Origin: Mobula hypostoma
Taxonomy: Eukaryota
DNA: 64,000 nt
Direction of reading: 5' to 3'
Assembly (NCBI RefSeq): GCF_963921235.1
Contig: NC_086097.1
Location: 202,618,001-202,682,000, forward strand
In this document: piece after piece, positions 1 to 12,530 of the stretch
How the letters are laid out: each line of letters opens with the position of its first letter
Numbering within the stretch: position 1 is the first letter of the stretch
The notes under the pieces: generated by a model
Databases searched by the model: none
The model's input: the letters and a program-made list of their open reading frames with translations, nothing else
What the model was told of the DNA's origin: nothing
Program-made: the position numbers and the translations under genes

Positions 1-60
1 TCAACATCAGGATTGAAACAATCATCTGTGCCGTAACCACCTAAGAGGTTGATTGTTTAG

Positions 61-690
61 ACCATAAGATATAAGAGGAGAATTATGCCATTTGGCCCAT
101 CGAGGCTGTTCCACCATTTCATAAGGGCTGATCCATTTCCCTCAGCCCAAATCTACTGTCTTCTCCCTGTATCTCCTCATGCCCTGACTAATCAAGAATC
201 TATCAACCACTGTCATAAATGTACCCAATGACTTGCCCTCCACAGCTGCCTGAAGCAACGAATTCCACAGATTCTCCACTCCCTGCCTCAAGAAATTCCT
301 CTTCATCTCCGTTCATAATGGGCATCCCTCTATTCTGAGGCTATGTCCTGTAGTCTTAAACTCCCCCAACATAGGAAACATCCTCTTCACATCCACTCTA
401 TCGAGACCTTTCAACATTCGATAGGTTTCAATGAAATCCCTCATTCTTCTGAATTCTAGTGAGTACAGGCCCATAGCATCAAACACTCTTCATATGAAAA
501 CTCTATCAATACCGGAATAATTTTCGTGAACCTCCTTTGAACCCTGTCCAATGTCAGCACATCCTTTCTTAGATAAGCAACTCATAACTGGTCACAATAC
601 TCCAAGTGAGACCTTACCATTGCCTTATAAAGCCTGAACATTTTTTTCATGCTTTATGTTCTCCTCCCCCTGAAGTGAATGTTTGACTTA
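61..690 (-). mobile_element. CR1 LINE 3' fragment (decayed ORF2 C-terminus and 3'UTR)
   Basis: The reverse strand resembles the other CR1 3' ends in the window (GLYSLEFRR-type coding remnant, gaattccacagatt motif, short terminal repeat ataagatataag). Confidence 0.8.
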
Positions 691-699
691 TTTTAAGTG

Positions 700-1890
700 T
701 ATACTTGGATATTGTACACTTGGATTTCCAGAAGGCATTCGATAAGGTGCTGCATAAGAGATTTATAAATAAGATACAGATGCATGGAGTTGGAGGAAGT
801 GGATTGGTTAACCAATAGAAGGCAGAGATTTGGTATAAATGGATGTTTCTCTGGTTGGCAGTCAGTGGTGAGTGGGGTGCCGCTGGGATTGGTGCTGGGC
901 CCGCAGCTGTTTATCATTTACATTGATGATTTGCAAGTGGGGACTAAATGTAGCGTAGCAAAATTTGCTGATGACACTAAACTGAGTGGAAAAGCAAATT
1001 GTGCAGAGGATGTGGAGAGTCTGCAGGGCGATATAGATAAGTTAAGTGAGTGGGCCAAGGTCTGGCAGATGGAATACAATGTTGGTAAATGTGAGATCAT
1101 CCACTTTGGAAGGAATAATAGAAGAGCAGATTATTATTTAAATTGTGAAAGATTGCAGCATGCTGTTGTGCAGAGGGACTTGGGAGTGCTTGTTCATGAA
1201 TTGCAAAAAGTTGGCTTGCAGGTACAACAGGTTATTAAGAAGGCAAATGGAATGTTGGCCTTCATTGCTAGAGGGATTGAATTCAAGAGCAGGAAGGTCA
1301 TGCTGCAACTATACAGGGTACTGGTGAGGCCGCACCTAGAGTACTGTGTGCAGTTCTGGTCTCCATACTTGAAGGATATACTGGCTTTGGAGGCAGTGCA
1401 GAGGAGGTTCACCAGGTTGATTCCAGGGATGAAGGGGTTAACCTATGAGGAGAGTTTGAGTCGTCTGGGACTATACTCTCTGGAATTCAGTACAATGAGA
1501 GGGGATCTTATAGAAACATACAAAATTTTGAAAGGGATAGATAAGATAGAAGTAGCAAAGTTGTTTCCATTGGTAGGTGAGACTAGAACTAGGGGACATT
1601 GCCTCAAGATTCAAGGGAGAAGATTTAGGATGGAGATGAGGAGAAGCTGTTTTTCCCAGAGAGTAGTGAATCTGGAATTCTCTGCCCAGGGAGGCAGTTG
1701 AGTCTTCTTCTCTAAATATATTTAAGGTACAGGTAGGTAGATTTTTACATAGGGGAATTAAGGGTTATGGGGAAAGGGCAGGTAGATGGAGCTGAGTTTA
1801 CGGACAGATCAGTCATGATCTTATTGAATGGCCGGGTAAGCTCGATGGGCCGGATGGCCTACTCCTGCTCCTATTTCTTATGTTCTTGTG
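700..1890 (+). mobile_element. 5'-truncated CR1 LINE: RT domain C-terminal half and 3'UTR
   Basis: ORF 784-1701 contains SGVPLGLVLGP, IYIDDL, KFADDTKL and RPHLEYCVQFWSP. LDFQKAFDKV lies upstream and a cttatgttcttgtg tail lies at ~1877-1890. Confidence 0.93.
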
Positions 1891-1899
1891 TTTATTATG

Positions 1900-2290
1900 T
1901 GCCTCCCAGTACCCAAAAGTCACATCCTTAACAATCGACTCCAACATCTTCTCAACTACTGAGGTCAGCCTAAACAGTCTATGATTTCCTTTTTACTGCC
2001 TCTCTCCATTCTTGAATAGTAGAGTGACTTTGCAATTTTCCAGTTCACCGGAACCATGCCGGAATCCATTGTTTCTTGAAAGATCATTAATAATGCCTGC
2101 ACAGTGTCTTCAGCCACCTCCTTCAAATCCCTGGGGTGTAGACTATCTGGTCCAGGTGACCTATCTACCGTCAGACTTTTCAGTTTCCCAAGCACCTTCT
2201 CCCTAATAATAGCAACTTTACTCGCTTCTGCCCCTGATGCTTGAACTTCCGGGATGCTGCTCGTGTCTTCTACAGTGAAGACTGACGCAG
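1900..2290 (-). mobile_element. CR1 ORF2 internal fragment
   Basis: ORF 1965-2195 reads LKSLTVDRSPGPDSLHPRDLKEVA...IFQETMDSGMVPVNWKIA, the pre-RT region of CR1. Confidence 0.85.
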
Positions 2291-3894
2291 ACTGTTCAGT
2301 GCTTTTGTTTTTTTGTTTTGTTCTTTTTTTCCAATCCTTTTATCAGTTTAGAAGTAAAACAATTAATACTTTGGATCAACTGACATTAGAATATTCATTG
2401 ACTTGCCATTAATTAGCTTTACTGGTATGCTTGTTAGATTCTTGGTGGCATTGCATCAAGACTATAACAATTTTTCAATGTTGAAATTAGCTATAGAATA
2501 TCCCATACTGCTGATATAAGAAATTCTTTGAATGTGAAAGATCAATATTTGTGATAAGTTGATGTGAATAATTAGTGCATGACAAAATCTTATAGTATTT
2601 CTTTAACTAGAATGGCAAGAAGCATGATTCTCAATTTGCTTATTGTCTTACAATATTGCCTGCAAATCTTGAGGTGTATTTCATGAGGGTTATGAGTTTT
2701 GAATGCAGAAAATTGGTAATTGAAATGGACTTCAAAAATAAACAAGAGGAATATTGTGGCAAAAATTGTTTTCCAGATTCAAATTAGTTCATTTGTTGAT
2801 AGGATATGGATCAGCACTCATACTCTTTTAATAAAAAAAACAATTTACAGTTTGATAGAATTGTGCTAAATCTTGTTTTCTGAGAGTTACTTTTATGCAT
2901 TTTATTGTAGAATAGGAATGATAAATTTCTAACTTTTTTTTACTTGCCCTTAAATCAATTGAATGTTTGATTTCTTTATCGCATCTTCCCTTTCTCTTTT
3001 AATCGTTGGCCTCAGTTTGCTTCCCCATAGTTTTTAACAATGTCAATTTTACATGATACTTTAAAAAGTTGTATAGATTTGTGATCTATGTCAGTATGAT
3101 TTGAATGAAAGGTTTTATAGTGTGGAATTATTTGAAAGGAATATGTAGCCTAAGAATTTACTGATCCCACATTGTCTATTAAAATATGACTTCAAGGGAA
3201 GTGCATTTATTAAATTCCATTTACCATTAAATGTCGTCTGCTCATATGAAATTAATACTTAATTAAACACTCTGGGCAGGTCATGAAAATTATTTTTCCC
3301 CAAGCTGAGTCTTTGACAATTGAGAAAATTTGATTAATTTAGTTCTTGGACACAAAGAGTTGTGTTGGAAATTATCCCTTTCACCACCCCCTACCCACAC
3401 TGACTACAAACATTTTAACTAGTACTTCATTGAAGGAATAATGTTGATTCAGAAACACTAATTTTTTGTATTTATTATTATAGCTAAATTCTATTGAACA
3501 TTTCCCACTAAATTCTATTAAATATTTTCCATTATTGTAACTGTAAACTTTGAATGCCTTCTCACGTGACTAGGTGGTATTGGAACACCTTCCATGCAAG
3601 GTTTTAACTTTAAATTTGTTACCCAGGGAGTAATGTGGGGATTGGGGAATGATCATTCATGGGATATTAAAACCTGCAAGGATTATCCCAGATGATCTTG
3701 ATTGTACAAATCGTAAAATTAAGGAACTCTGCTCAAAAAAATTTAAGTTTACTGTCAAGTCAGTAAAGCATTGAAATAGTTGTTTTGTAATGCAGATTTT
3801 ATTGATCATACAACCCTGCATGAAAGTGTGATATGTATCAGAATTTACAGTAATTCAAGTTGTTCATGTGGTTCACTTTCTGCCCTAATGATAG

Positions 3895-4034
3895 GTGCTG
3901 CTGCTCCAAAAAGCACTCCATCTCCTAAATCAGTGTCAACACCAACTAGGCCAACTTCAGCTCAAGCTAGAAAGGCACCAGGAACAAAAAGTGTTAGTGA
4001 TGCAGAATCACATATTGCACAATTGAATGAGCAG
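3895..4034 (+). CDS. MAPRE2: MAPRE2 (EB2) internal coding exon: Ser/Pro-rich linker into the coiled coil
   Basis: Bounded by atag|GT...GAGCAG|gtacgt; 140 nt, phase 1 to 0. Encodes GAAAPKSTPSPKSVSTPTRPTSAQARKAPGTKSVSDAESHIAQLNEQ, resembling recalled human EB2 GAAKSSPAAKPGSTPSRPSSA...VIQLNEQ. Confidence 0.9.
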
Positions 4035-4855
4035 GTACGTGGTAGTGAGTCTAAATTTTCCAGTAATTAAAATATATTCACAAATGATAAACATAATCAG
4101 AGGTGCAGTTGAAGTGAAATCCAGATGAACATATCACTAAGTATAATCATCAAATATATCTACTTTTACCCCTCTATCTCCTGGATTATTTTCAGGCAAC
4201 CTTTTTTTTAATCACTGGGGACTTTGCCCCTGCTATTGATGGATCATTAAGTTTGTCACCACATGAGCAAGTTTGGGATTGAACATCACTTTCATCATTT
4301 GCTGACACCCCACCACGATCCTTCTTTATTCAGAAGCAGAATTGTTTTTATTTATAATAGAAATCAGATTATGGCACAATTCTTTGTGCACATACTATAG
4401 TTGATGCTTAAATTGGGACATTCAATACCATGTCACATTGATAAATGTACTAAAAAATAAAGATCGATATCTTAAATTATTCATTACCTATTTCTTTAAG
4501 TTTAACAGCATTAATTTTTATCACTAGATCCAATTTGGATCTTTGAAAGTATTTTGTAATACCTGTAAAGAGGTAAGATAGACTAATGTATTGCTGTATT
4601 TCCCATATTATTTATAATTGAAATAAAATAGGTATTCGCTCGCATGATGAAATCTTAATATAAGCTATAAGCAAGTTAAAGTTATATTTGACTCATTTGT
4701 ATTTTGTTCCTTATTAGTATTGACATAGGACTTTCAAACAACACATTTATCAATAAACTTGAATAAAATGTTGAGAACTTTCGCTAAATTCTTTCCCTTC
4801 AAATTGGCTTTGTTGATTTTTATTTGAAAAGGAAAGATCGGGACATAATTTAGAT

Positions 4856-4935
4856 CAGGGGTTCCCATTCTGTGGTCCACGGACCCCTTGCTTAATGATA
4901 TTGGTCCATGGCATAAAAAAGGTTGGGAACCTTTG
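4856..4935. mobile_element. 80-bp hAT-type MITE
   Basis: Imperfect TIRs caggggttccca / ttgggaacctttg, flanked by the 8-bp near-duplication atttagat (4848-4855) / atttaggt (4936-4943). Confidence 0.7.
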
Positions 4936-5589
4936 ATTTAGGTATTATCCAAAAAAGGACGAGCCCACTGAGTTGCTGTTTTATGTTTAACAGCTGGAAG
5001 GCATACCAGTGTCTGAATTTTTTTTTCACATTCCAGACATTTATGGAGGAAAACCTTGGTATCTTAGCTGGGTCACTGATCATCTAATTACACTCAAATC
5101 CATGTTGAGATGGTCATAATAACATTCAATTGATCTGGACAGATGTCAGGAGGTTGTTTCCTAACCCACAGTAGTTTAAGATATCCAGTTACATTATTGT
5201 TATTCTTTAGCTCCCATTGGTGGCGATCTAAATTTAGCTGGAGAGTGATTGGGAATATCAGCGTTGCATCCATTTATTTGAGGCTTGGCCTTAATCTCAG
5301 GTCTGCATGCATAAAGTGTAGCATAATTGACCAGATAGATGTCAGTCACACCTCTGTACTGGGTAATCTTTCAAAATTTGTGATCAATTTTTTATTTTTT
5401 ATTTTCAATTCATAATCACAGTGACAGTGTAGAAGCACGACTGAAGATGATTTATACTGTGCAATTCTGAGGTGATTCACAGTATCCAAAATACTGTCAT
5501 GCAGAACACTTTCTCATTAGAAAATAAAATATAACAATGTCTTGTTGTGTACCATAATGTTAACTCTATCATAATGTTCTTCCCCAGTA

Positions 5590-5830
5590 CTTCCATAGCA
5601 GCTAGCTTAATGCTATTTCAGTGCCAGCTACTTGGATTCAATTTCACTGCTGTCTGCAAGGAGTGTGTGTGTTCCTTCCGTGAATGCGTGAGTTTCCTCT
5701 GGGTGCTCTGAATTTCTCCCACATTCCAAAGATGTATGGGTTAGTAGGTTAACTGGTCATATGGGTTTAATTTGGTGGCATGGGTTTGTTCAGCCAGAAG
5801 GTCCTATTGCCATGCTGCATCTCTAAATTT
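5590..5830 (+). mobile_element. V-SINE (HE1-like), decayed
   Basis: Contains the V-domain-like gagtttcctctgggtgctctgaatttctcccacattccaaaga; similar to the copy at 55255-55543. Confidence 0.75.
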
Positions 5831-6303
5831 AAAAAAATCTGGGTTAAATTGGAAGTATGGTGAGCTTGGAGTGGATTGTGATGCACTACAATGTGTAACC
5901 AGCTGATCCTGGTGTTTTCAAGGCCAAAATACATTGTGTTGCTTTTGTATTTCAAATGTCTATGGAGAAAAATGAAGTGAACTGAAACTAGTTAGATTGC
6001 TCTTAAACTAGATCCAGTATGAATTTAATTGACTAGCTGCTGTGTTGAAACTTTTGTGATGACGAGACGTTTCACTTTTTTCCGTGTATTCTGTAGGTAA
6101 TTAACAGAATGCAACTTCCTTTAATCAGATTATCAGAATGTATTCAGAGGAGAAAAAGAAGTTTTTGCTCTTCTGAATACATTCTAGCATTGAAATTCCA
6201 AAATTTTGATCAAAAAAGTTTCTGCAAGTCAAAAAAAATTGTGCTTCTGTTTTTGTTTTGATCAATGTTGCTTCAATTGATTTATTTTTTCAACTGTGAA
6301 CAG

Positions 6304-6456
6304 GTGAGTTCATTAAAACTCGCACTTGAAGGAGTTGAAAAGGAGAGGGACTTCTACTTTGGGAAACTGAGAGAAATTGAACTCATATGCCAAGAACATG
6401 GACAGGAGAATATTGACCTTGTTCAGCAACTCATGGATGTCCTATATGCCACTGAT
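6304..6456 (+). CDS. MAPRE2: MAPRE2 coding exon: EB-homology (EBH) domain
   Basis: Bounded by aacag|GTG...ACTGAT|gtatgt; 153 nt, phase 0 to 0. Encodes VSSLKLALEGVEKERDFYFGKLREIELICQEHGQENIDLVQQLMDVLYATD. The LKLALEGVEKE and QEHGQEN residues match EB2 rather than EB1 or EB3. Confidence 0.95.
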
Positions 6457-6542
6457 GTATGTAGAATTTTACTACTTACTTGGGGGTAAAATTTAACTGC
6501 TGTATTCAGTGATAGATATGTATATTTATTTTTGAACTGCAG

Positions 6543-6614
6543 GAGGGAATTGCAGGGCCAGATGACGGCCAGGTACAGGCTGAAGAACTGCCTCAGGAAC
6601 CAGAAGAATATTGA
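6543..6614 (+). CDS. MAPRE2: MAPRE2 last coding exon: acidic tail ending in EEY*
   Basis: ctgcag|GAG GGA ATT...GAA GAA TAT TGA encodes EGIAGPDDGQVQAEELPQEPEEY*. A C-terminal EEY is the EB-family hallmark. Confidence 0.93.
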   Translation, partial: EGIAGPDDGQVQAEELPQEPEEY

Positions 6615-9600
6615 CACCACAAGCATCTATTTGTGAATGAAGAGCACACTGAGGGCTTCATGAAAAGAATTGCTTCAGTTTGAACATTAGCGTTTTATCC
6701 TCCATTACTCTGCATCAGCAAAGTACTGTATTCTTTACCCATTATTTTACCATCATGCATTTGCAGCAACTATCTTTGTATAGGAAAATGTGGTAATTTG
6801 GGGCTAAATTAACACTTTGCATTACAGCTATGTTTAGGCAGATATATGGTTTGACAACATAATTTCAAAACTATAGTATCCACTGAAGTTTTACAAAGTA
6901 GTTTCAGTGATCAGAAATGCAGTATTACAAGTTCATATGCACCGTGTATAGTTTTGAAACCTACATCGAGAAACCCATCACACAGACATTTCTACACAAT
7001 ATATAGGTAATATCAGCCTATTTATAAGAAAACGTCATTGAAGGAATGGGTTCTTAAATCTGTTAAAAAAAAAAAAAAGAAAAAGTCTTATTAAGCTGTA
7101 TCTTGTTATGAAAATTATTCACAATTTGTTGCATGATAGAGTAGCTTTGTTTTCAGGACATAAATTTCAGTTACTTTATCTTTCTAATTTAATAAATTAG
7201 AAGTCTGTTTATATTGTGGTCTGTGTATAAAAGTCTTCTTGAGAAACCTGTTAATGCAATGATGCATACAAAGCCACATTCACCAGAATCTCAGTTAAAT
7301 ATCATAATATTCTGATGGTCTTATGGTTGTCACAATTAAGAAGCAAAGGAAATGAGAACAATAGTAAGTGCATGTAGTTTAGATATGATTTGGTTGCTGA
7401 TCAGTGATAAAAAGACCTGAATTTGAAGGAGTCTTGACTGGTAGTAACACATTTGCTTTCCTTTGAGACAAGATTCACTAAACTGGAGCTCATTATCTGT
7501 TGGACGGAATTTGTGAGGTGCGGTTCTTCCTTCACTCACAAATTTCATTTGTATTTCAGCCAAGGATTAATAATTCAAAAGTCCTGTGGTGACTTATGTG
7601 GAACTTATTGACTGAGGAGGAAGATGTGAAAGATCACTTTATAAAGCTTAGTGCCTGCAAATAGAAATATCAGATGGGGTATATTATTGCCATAGATCGA
7701 AAAATCAACTGATTTTAGTAAAACCTGCTATATGTATGCATATTTTACTCCTGTTTTGAAATTAATAATTGGTTACACATAACAATGCATTTTTCCATCA
7801 CAGGTTTGCTAGTTTATTTCATATTCATTTGTCATTCTTGGCCTCCAAAATTGAATTTTTAATGGGTTTGTAAATTGTAAGTTCATTTTGTCACATTAAG
7901 CATACAGAAAAGTAAATTATTCTGCTTTTGGTTTACCTATTTCAGTTGCAGATTTGGATAGGAACATACAAATTGGGAGGTGGAGTAGGCCATTGGCCCC
8001 TCAAGCTTATGCTATAATTTCATAAGATGATGGGTTACTAACTCCCACCTACCTAGCCCCCACTGTTACCTTTCTCCTTTTGCTTTTCAAGAACCTATCT
8101 ACCTCTCTTAAAAAGGCTCAAAATCTCTGCTTCTATTGCTTTTTGGGGAAAGAGTTCCAAAACCTCAACCTTAGGGTAAAAAAAATTGCTTTGTTTTAAA
8201 TGGGAGACATCACCCCCTCCCTTAATTTTAAATAGTGACCCCCCCCCACACCTGTGTTCTAGATTCTTCCATCAAGTTGCCTCTCATCCTTCTAAAGCAA
8301 GGTGGATAAAAAGTGTGTTTGTCCAGCTTTTCCTTATAATGCAACCCATCCCTTTCAGGTATGAGCCAGTTAAGTCTTTTCTGAACTGCTTCCACTGCAT
8401 TGACTTGTTCACAACATGTTTACATTTTTAAGTAAGGAGATCAATACTGTACATTACTCTAGATTTGGTCCCACTAATGCCTATGTGAGTGAGGTGTACT
8501 CCTAGCAATAAATATTAGCTTTTGCTCTGACACTTCTGTATCTTGCCTCTGAAATCTCCATTTGGGTCATATTTTTAAAAAATGGTCAATTTCATATTTT
8601 CCTACAATATACTCCATTTGCCCTTCTAATAACCTATTTACATATCACTTTCATGGTCTTCTGTTGTACTCTTATTTTTTTCATTTATATTTCTTTGTGT
8701 CATCATATTTAGAAACTGTATCCGAAGTGTTCTCATCTAAGTCAATTCTAAAAGTTGTATGTGTGTCCAGCTCTGAATCCTGTGTTACACCACTTATTGC
8801 ATCTTGAATCTATTATTTTCGTACTTCGAGAAAAATTAAATTTGGCCCATTGTCTTACTGCAAAAAACAAAACTAACCTTGATTATCTTACTGAAACCTC
8901 AGTGGCCATTCGTGAAAAAAGTTTCAGATTTCTAATTCCTTTTGTGTGAATAACTATTTGACAGGGCCTCCATAGAATTATTTCTGATAAGCAGCTGTGC
9001 CCATCTGTTCAGGACATGCCCACTACAGAATATGTTTCACTATACCCTAACCAGTTTTTAAATTTGTTTTAAATATCTCTATTAAATCACTTAACCTTCT
9101 CTACTTAAAAGAATGGAAGCCTTGGCCCAAGTTCTTTGCCCATGACCAATATATCTGCAATAACCAGAAATGAATGTGATGCTGAACTTGTTCCACCTAG
9201 ATCTTTCATGCCACTTCCAATCACTTGTATCTATCCCTTTTTGAAACAAAGCTGGTGTTCTGCTAGCCTTTTCCAATGATCTATTATGGATCTCCCTTAC
9301 ATTTTGGTGATTTCTGTATTTGAATCCCAAAAATCCACTGTTCCACAGCACTTTGTTTTCTTTCAGTTTAAAAACAATTAAACTCATCTGCAAATCATAA
9401 AAATATTAACTTGTATTAGTTGCAGTTTTTGCACTCAATTTGTTAATGTTCCTTTACAACTTGTTTGCTTTTTTTTAAACTGCTCTATCTTGATTTCTAT
9501 CATTAGCAAATGTAGACATGTTCCTCAATTTTAGTAACATATTAATATCTGTAGACCCATTTACAGATTCATGAAAGATACTGAAGTTCACTTCATAATT

Positions 9601-11850
9601 TAAGAATGTACACATATCTTCAGGCTTTTATTTCTAATCAACAAATCTCAACTGATGTTAGGTACAGTAATTATTCATAATTCTTTTATTACGTCAATTT
9701 TATTATTTCCATTTTAGAATTCCATAAAAAGTTCAGACACTTGGCTTTTGGGTTATTAATGTTCTCAAACAAAACTCATCTAGGTTTGTCAGGCAATGCT
9801 TACATTTAACAAATCCATACATTTTTCATGTCCTTAAAGAACTGTCCCGAGGTACATTTCCTAGCATCTGTTCCCTGTTTAAATTGTATGTTTTCTTCCA
9901 GTATCTAAAGAAATTCTTTCTCTTTCAACATTGTTTTCTTAATCTCAATTGCTGCCCTACATCCATAAATGAAACTATTGCTGTGAACATAATTAAATCC
10001 TCAGACTATTTTTGCATATGGGGGAAAAATGGATTCTTTGCAAAGTTGCACTTATTGTTTATTGGTTTAGTTATCAATGGAGATGGGTGGGGTAGAAATG
10101 AATCAGTAGTAATTCTATGGTCAACATGCTAAGCTGCAGCCAGGATTTTTTGGAAACTTTTCAAATCTTTATAGCTTTTAGGTACCCAAGGTTGTTGGTA
10201 TCAAAATTTTATTGGTGTATATATGTTTATTCTGACATTACCTGGTTGGATATTGTAACTGTGGTTTGTGTAATACGTAATAGAAATATTGGTTAGAATA
10301 CATTAGGTTGTGTTATTTTCATTAACTGGACTGGTCCCATCAGTTTCCTAACTTGCTCTTAAACTACATTTAAAGTTTCAGATTATTTTTTTAAATATTT
10401 CATTCATTTCCAAGTTGATTTAAAAAAAAATATTTCCCTCAAGTAAAAATCTTGGCAACAAGGTGGACTTATTTAAAAATTGCCAAATTTATATTCATGC
10501 ATCCATACCTGAATTCATAATACAGGATCATTTTAAAGTAGTTTGGGTCCATTTGTCTCTAAATGGCATGGAGATGTGGAGGTGTATGATATTTGCAAAT
10601 GAAGGACATATTTCAAAAAATTGTTCCAATGTGTGTGATGCTGAAATGCAACTTAGATTTTAAATCCTTGGTTTCAATAGCGAAGACATAGCAAATTCAT
10701 ACACGTAATTTAGCATAAATTAAATTGACACTTGTACTGCTATTCTCAGTATTCCTGATCTACTGTTTTTTTTACACAAAGTATCCCGCCATTTCTTTTA
10801 AACCCAGAGAAGATATTGCCCAGGTTTCATTTTCAGCAGCTGGTTGAAGATTATGGACCTAAGCCATAAGTACATCAGAAACTTGTTCATTACAAAGAGT
10901 TGAAAACTGATTTGGATAGTTTTGAAGGGAATCCTATCTTAATTTGATATCCTGAAATGGCTAATACAACTCTTTTGGAAAGAAATTATCTATTATTAGA
11001 ATTAAGTCCAGCTACTCATTCATTATTTTACCGTGCTGCTTAATCTTATTTAAATTCATAATCAATTTTGATTGTACATTTAAAGTTTTGGTTTCATAAC
11101 AAAGATTAGCCTTTCAAAGGTTGTTCTTTGTATATATTGGTGTATTCAAAAATTATAATGTAAATATTTTATCAGGTTCTTTAGGAGGAGGCATTGCAGC
11201 ATTAAACTGTATACTTATATCAGTACCCTTTAACATGTCTAAGATTTGGTTTTGATTGTACCATAGCAGTTTCTGCATTTGAATTTAAATCAAAACTGGT
11301 GAATGTACCCATGAAAGAATCAAGAATCACAATTGGTCTTGTTTTTGGTTAGTGATGCAAAAAAAAAGTTTTCGAACATGTATTAACATGAGCAAAAAAA
11401 AATTCTTGCCACTACTGAGTCCAGTTCTTCTACTAGTTCACCATGCCAGTTAACCTCTCCCCTGCTTTCACCCTACTAATGAAGCTGTACTAATGAAGCT
11501 GACAGGCATTTTCTACCCTGCCATCAATCCCTTAGATTTGTGTAGCATGCCTCGTGCACAAGGCCTTCTCTGTTCAAGCATATTCCATTGTGCAATATTG
11601 TGTTCATTAAACAAAAGGTTTTTTCCTCACTCTCAAAATAAAACTGATGTTATATAAAAAGCTTGATTCAATTGCATTAATACTTTGCTTCAAAGCATTC
11701 CTTTAGTATTCCTTCAAATATGTTTTATAGTATAAACGTAAGCACTGTTTTGAAGGATGCACTGTATGGCATGTTATTTGTTCCCGGTCTGTCATCAGAA
11801 GTAAGCTTGCTTCTTGTTTTGTTAATAAACTATTAGTTTGCAAAATGGTG
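6615..11850 (+). other. MAPRE2: Putative MAPRE2 3'UTR with candidate polyadenylation signals (AATAAA at 7191-7196 and 11824-11829)
   Basis: AU-rich sequence follows the stop codon and AATAAA hexamers are present. The true 3' end cannot be determined from sequence. Confidence 0.45.
7955..9900 (-). mobile_element. Old, heavily decayed CR1 LINE remnants
   Basis: CR1 3'-end-like ggagtaggccattggcccctcaagc at ~7982 and scattered reverse-strand RT-like stretches. Confidence 0.5.
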
Positions 11851-12433
11851 CTTCCACTTCTTCATCACACAATAGTATATACAGAAAGACAAGCTGAATG
11901 GGGGGAAAATTAAAGCAAAATAAAACCGTGTTGGAAATGTGAAATGAAACAAAATACTGGAGAATAGCTTATGCACTCAATGGAAAAAGAAAGAGTTGAA
12001 GTTTTACTGTCTTTGACCTTTCATTAGATGAAGCAAAGTGCTAGTTAAAACATTTATTCTTTCTTGTTCTGTAAAGATTTCCAAACGTCCAGCATTCTGT
12101 TTTACTATTTTTTGGAAAAAAAACAGATGTTAAATGACAAAGTACCTTTTGTTTCTCCCCCAAAATCAGTGCCTGTGTATGAGGGCAGACTAGGTAACGA
12201 CGAAGTACTAGCAATGAAACTATACTGTGTTTCATTTTTTTTTGTGTTGGCAGTGGAGAACACTGACAAATATATTGAGGTAGTTTCATGGGAATATGAA
12301 GGAGGATGTGATAGCCATTGAAGAATGTCATTGTGAGCCATGAGAAATGAACTTTGCGGAAAATTGGTAGCCATTGATGAAAATTATATATTTATTTACA
12401 GTTTAGGGCTTTAATTTATGGAAATGTATAGAT

Positions 12434-12435
<2 letters not shown>

Positions 12436-12502
<67 letters not shown>

Positions 12503-12530
12503 TCCCCCCCCCCCCCCACACACACACACC
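12436..12530. repeat. Compound microsatellite (CTGTCT)/(CT)n, poly-C and (CA)n
   Basis: Directly visible in the sequence. Confidence 0.95.

Noticed and set aside
784..1701. 305-aa ORF as a host gene
   Set aside because: It is the RT C-terminal part of a 5'-truncated CR1 with a near-identical copy at 47118-48335, lying within a MAPRE2 intron.
3485..3532. 24-bp tandem duplication (ctaaattctatt...) as a CRISPR-like or functional repeat
   Set aside because: Only two adjacent imperfect units with no spacers; consistent with ordinary slippage.
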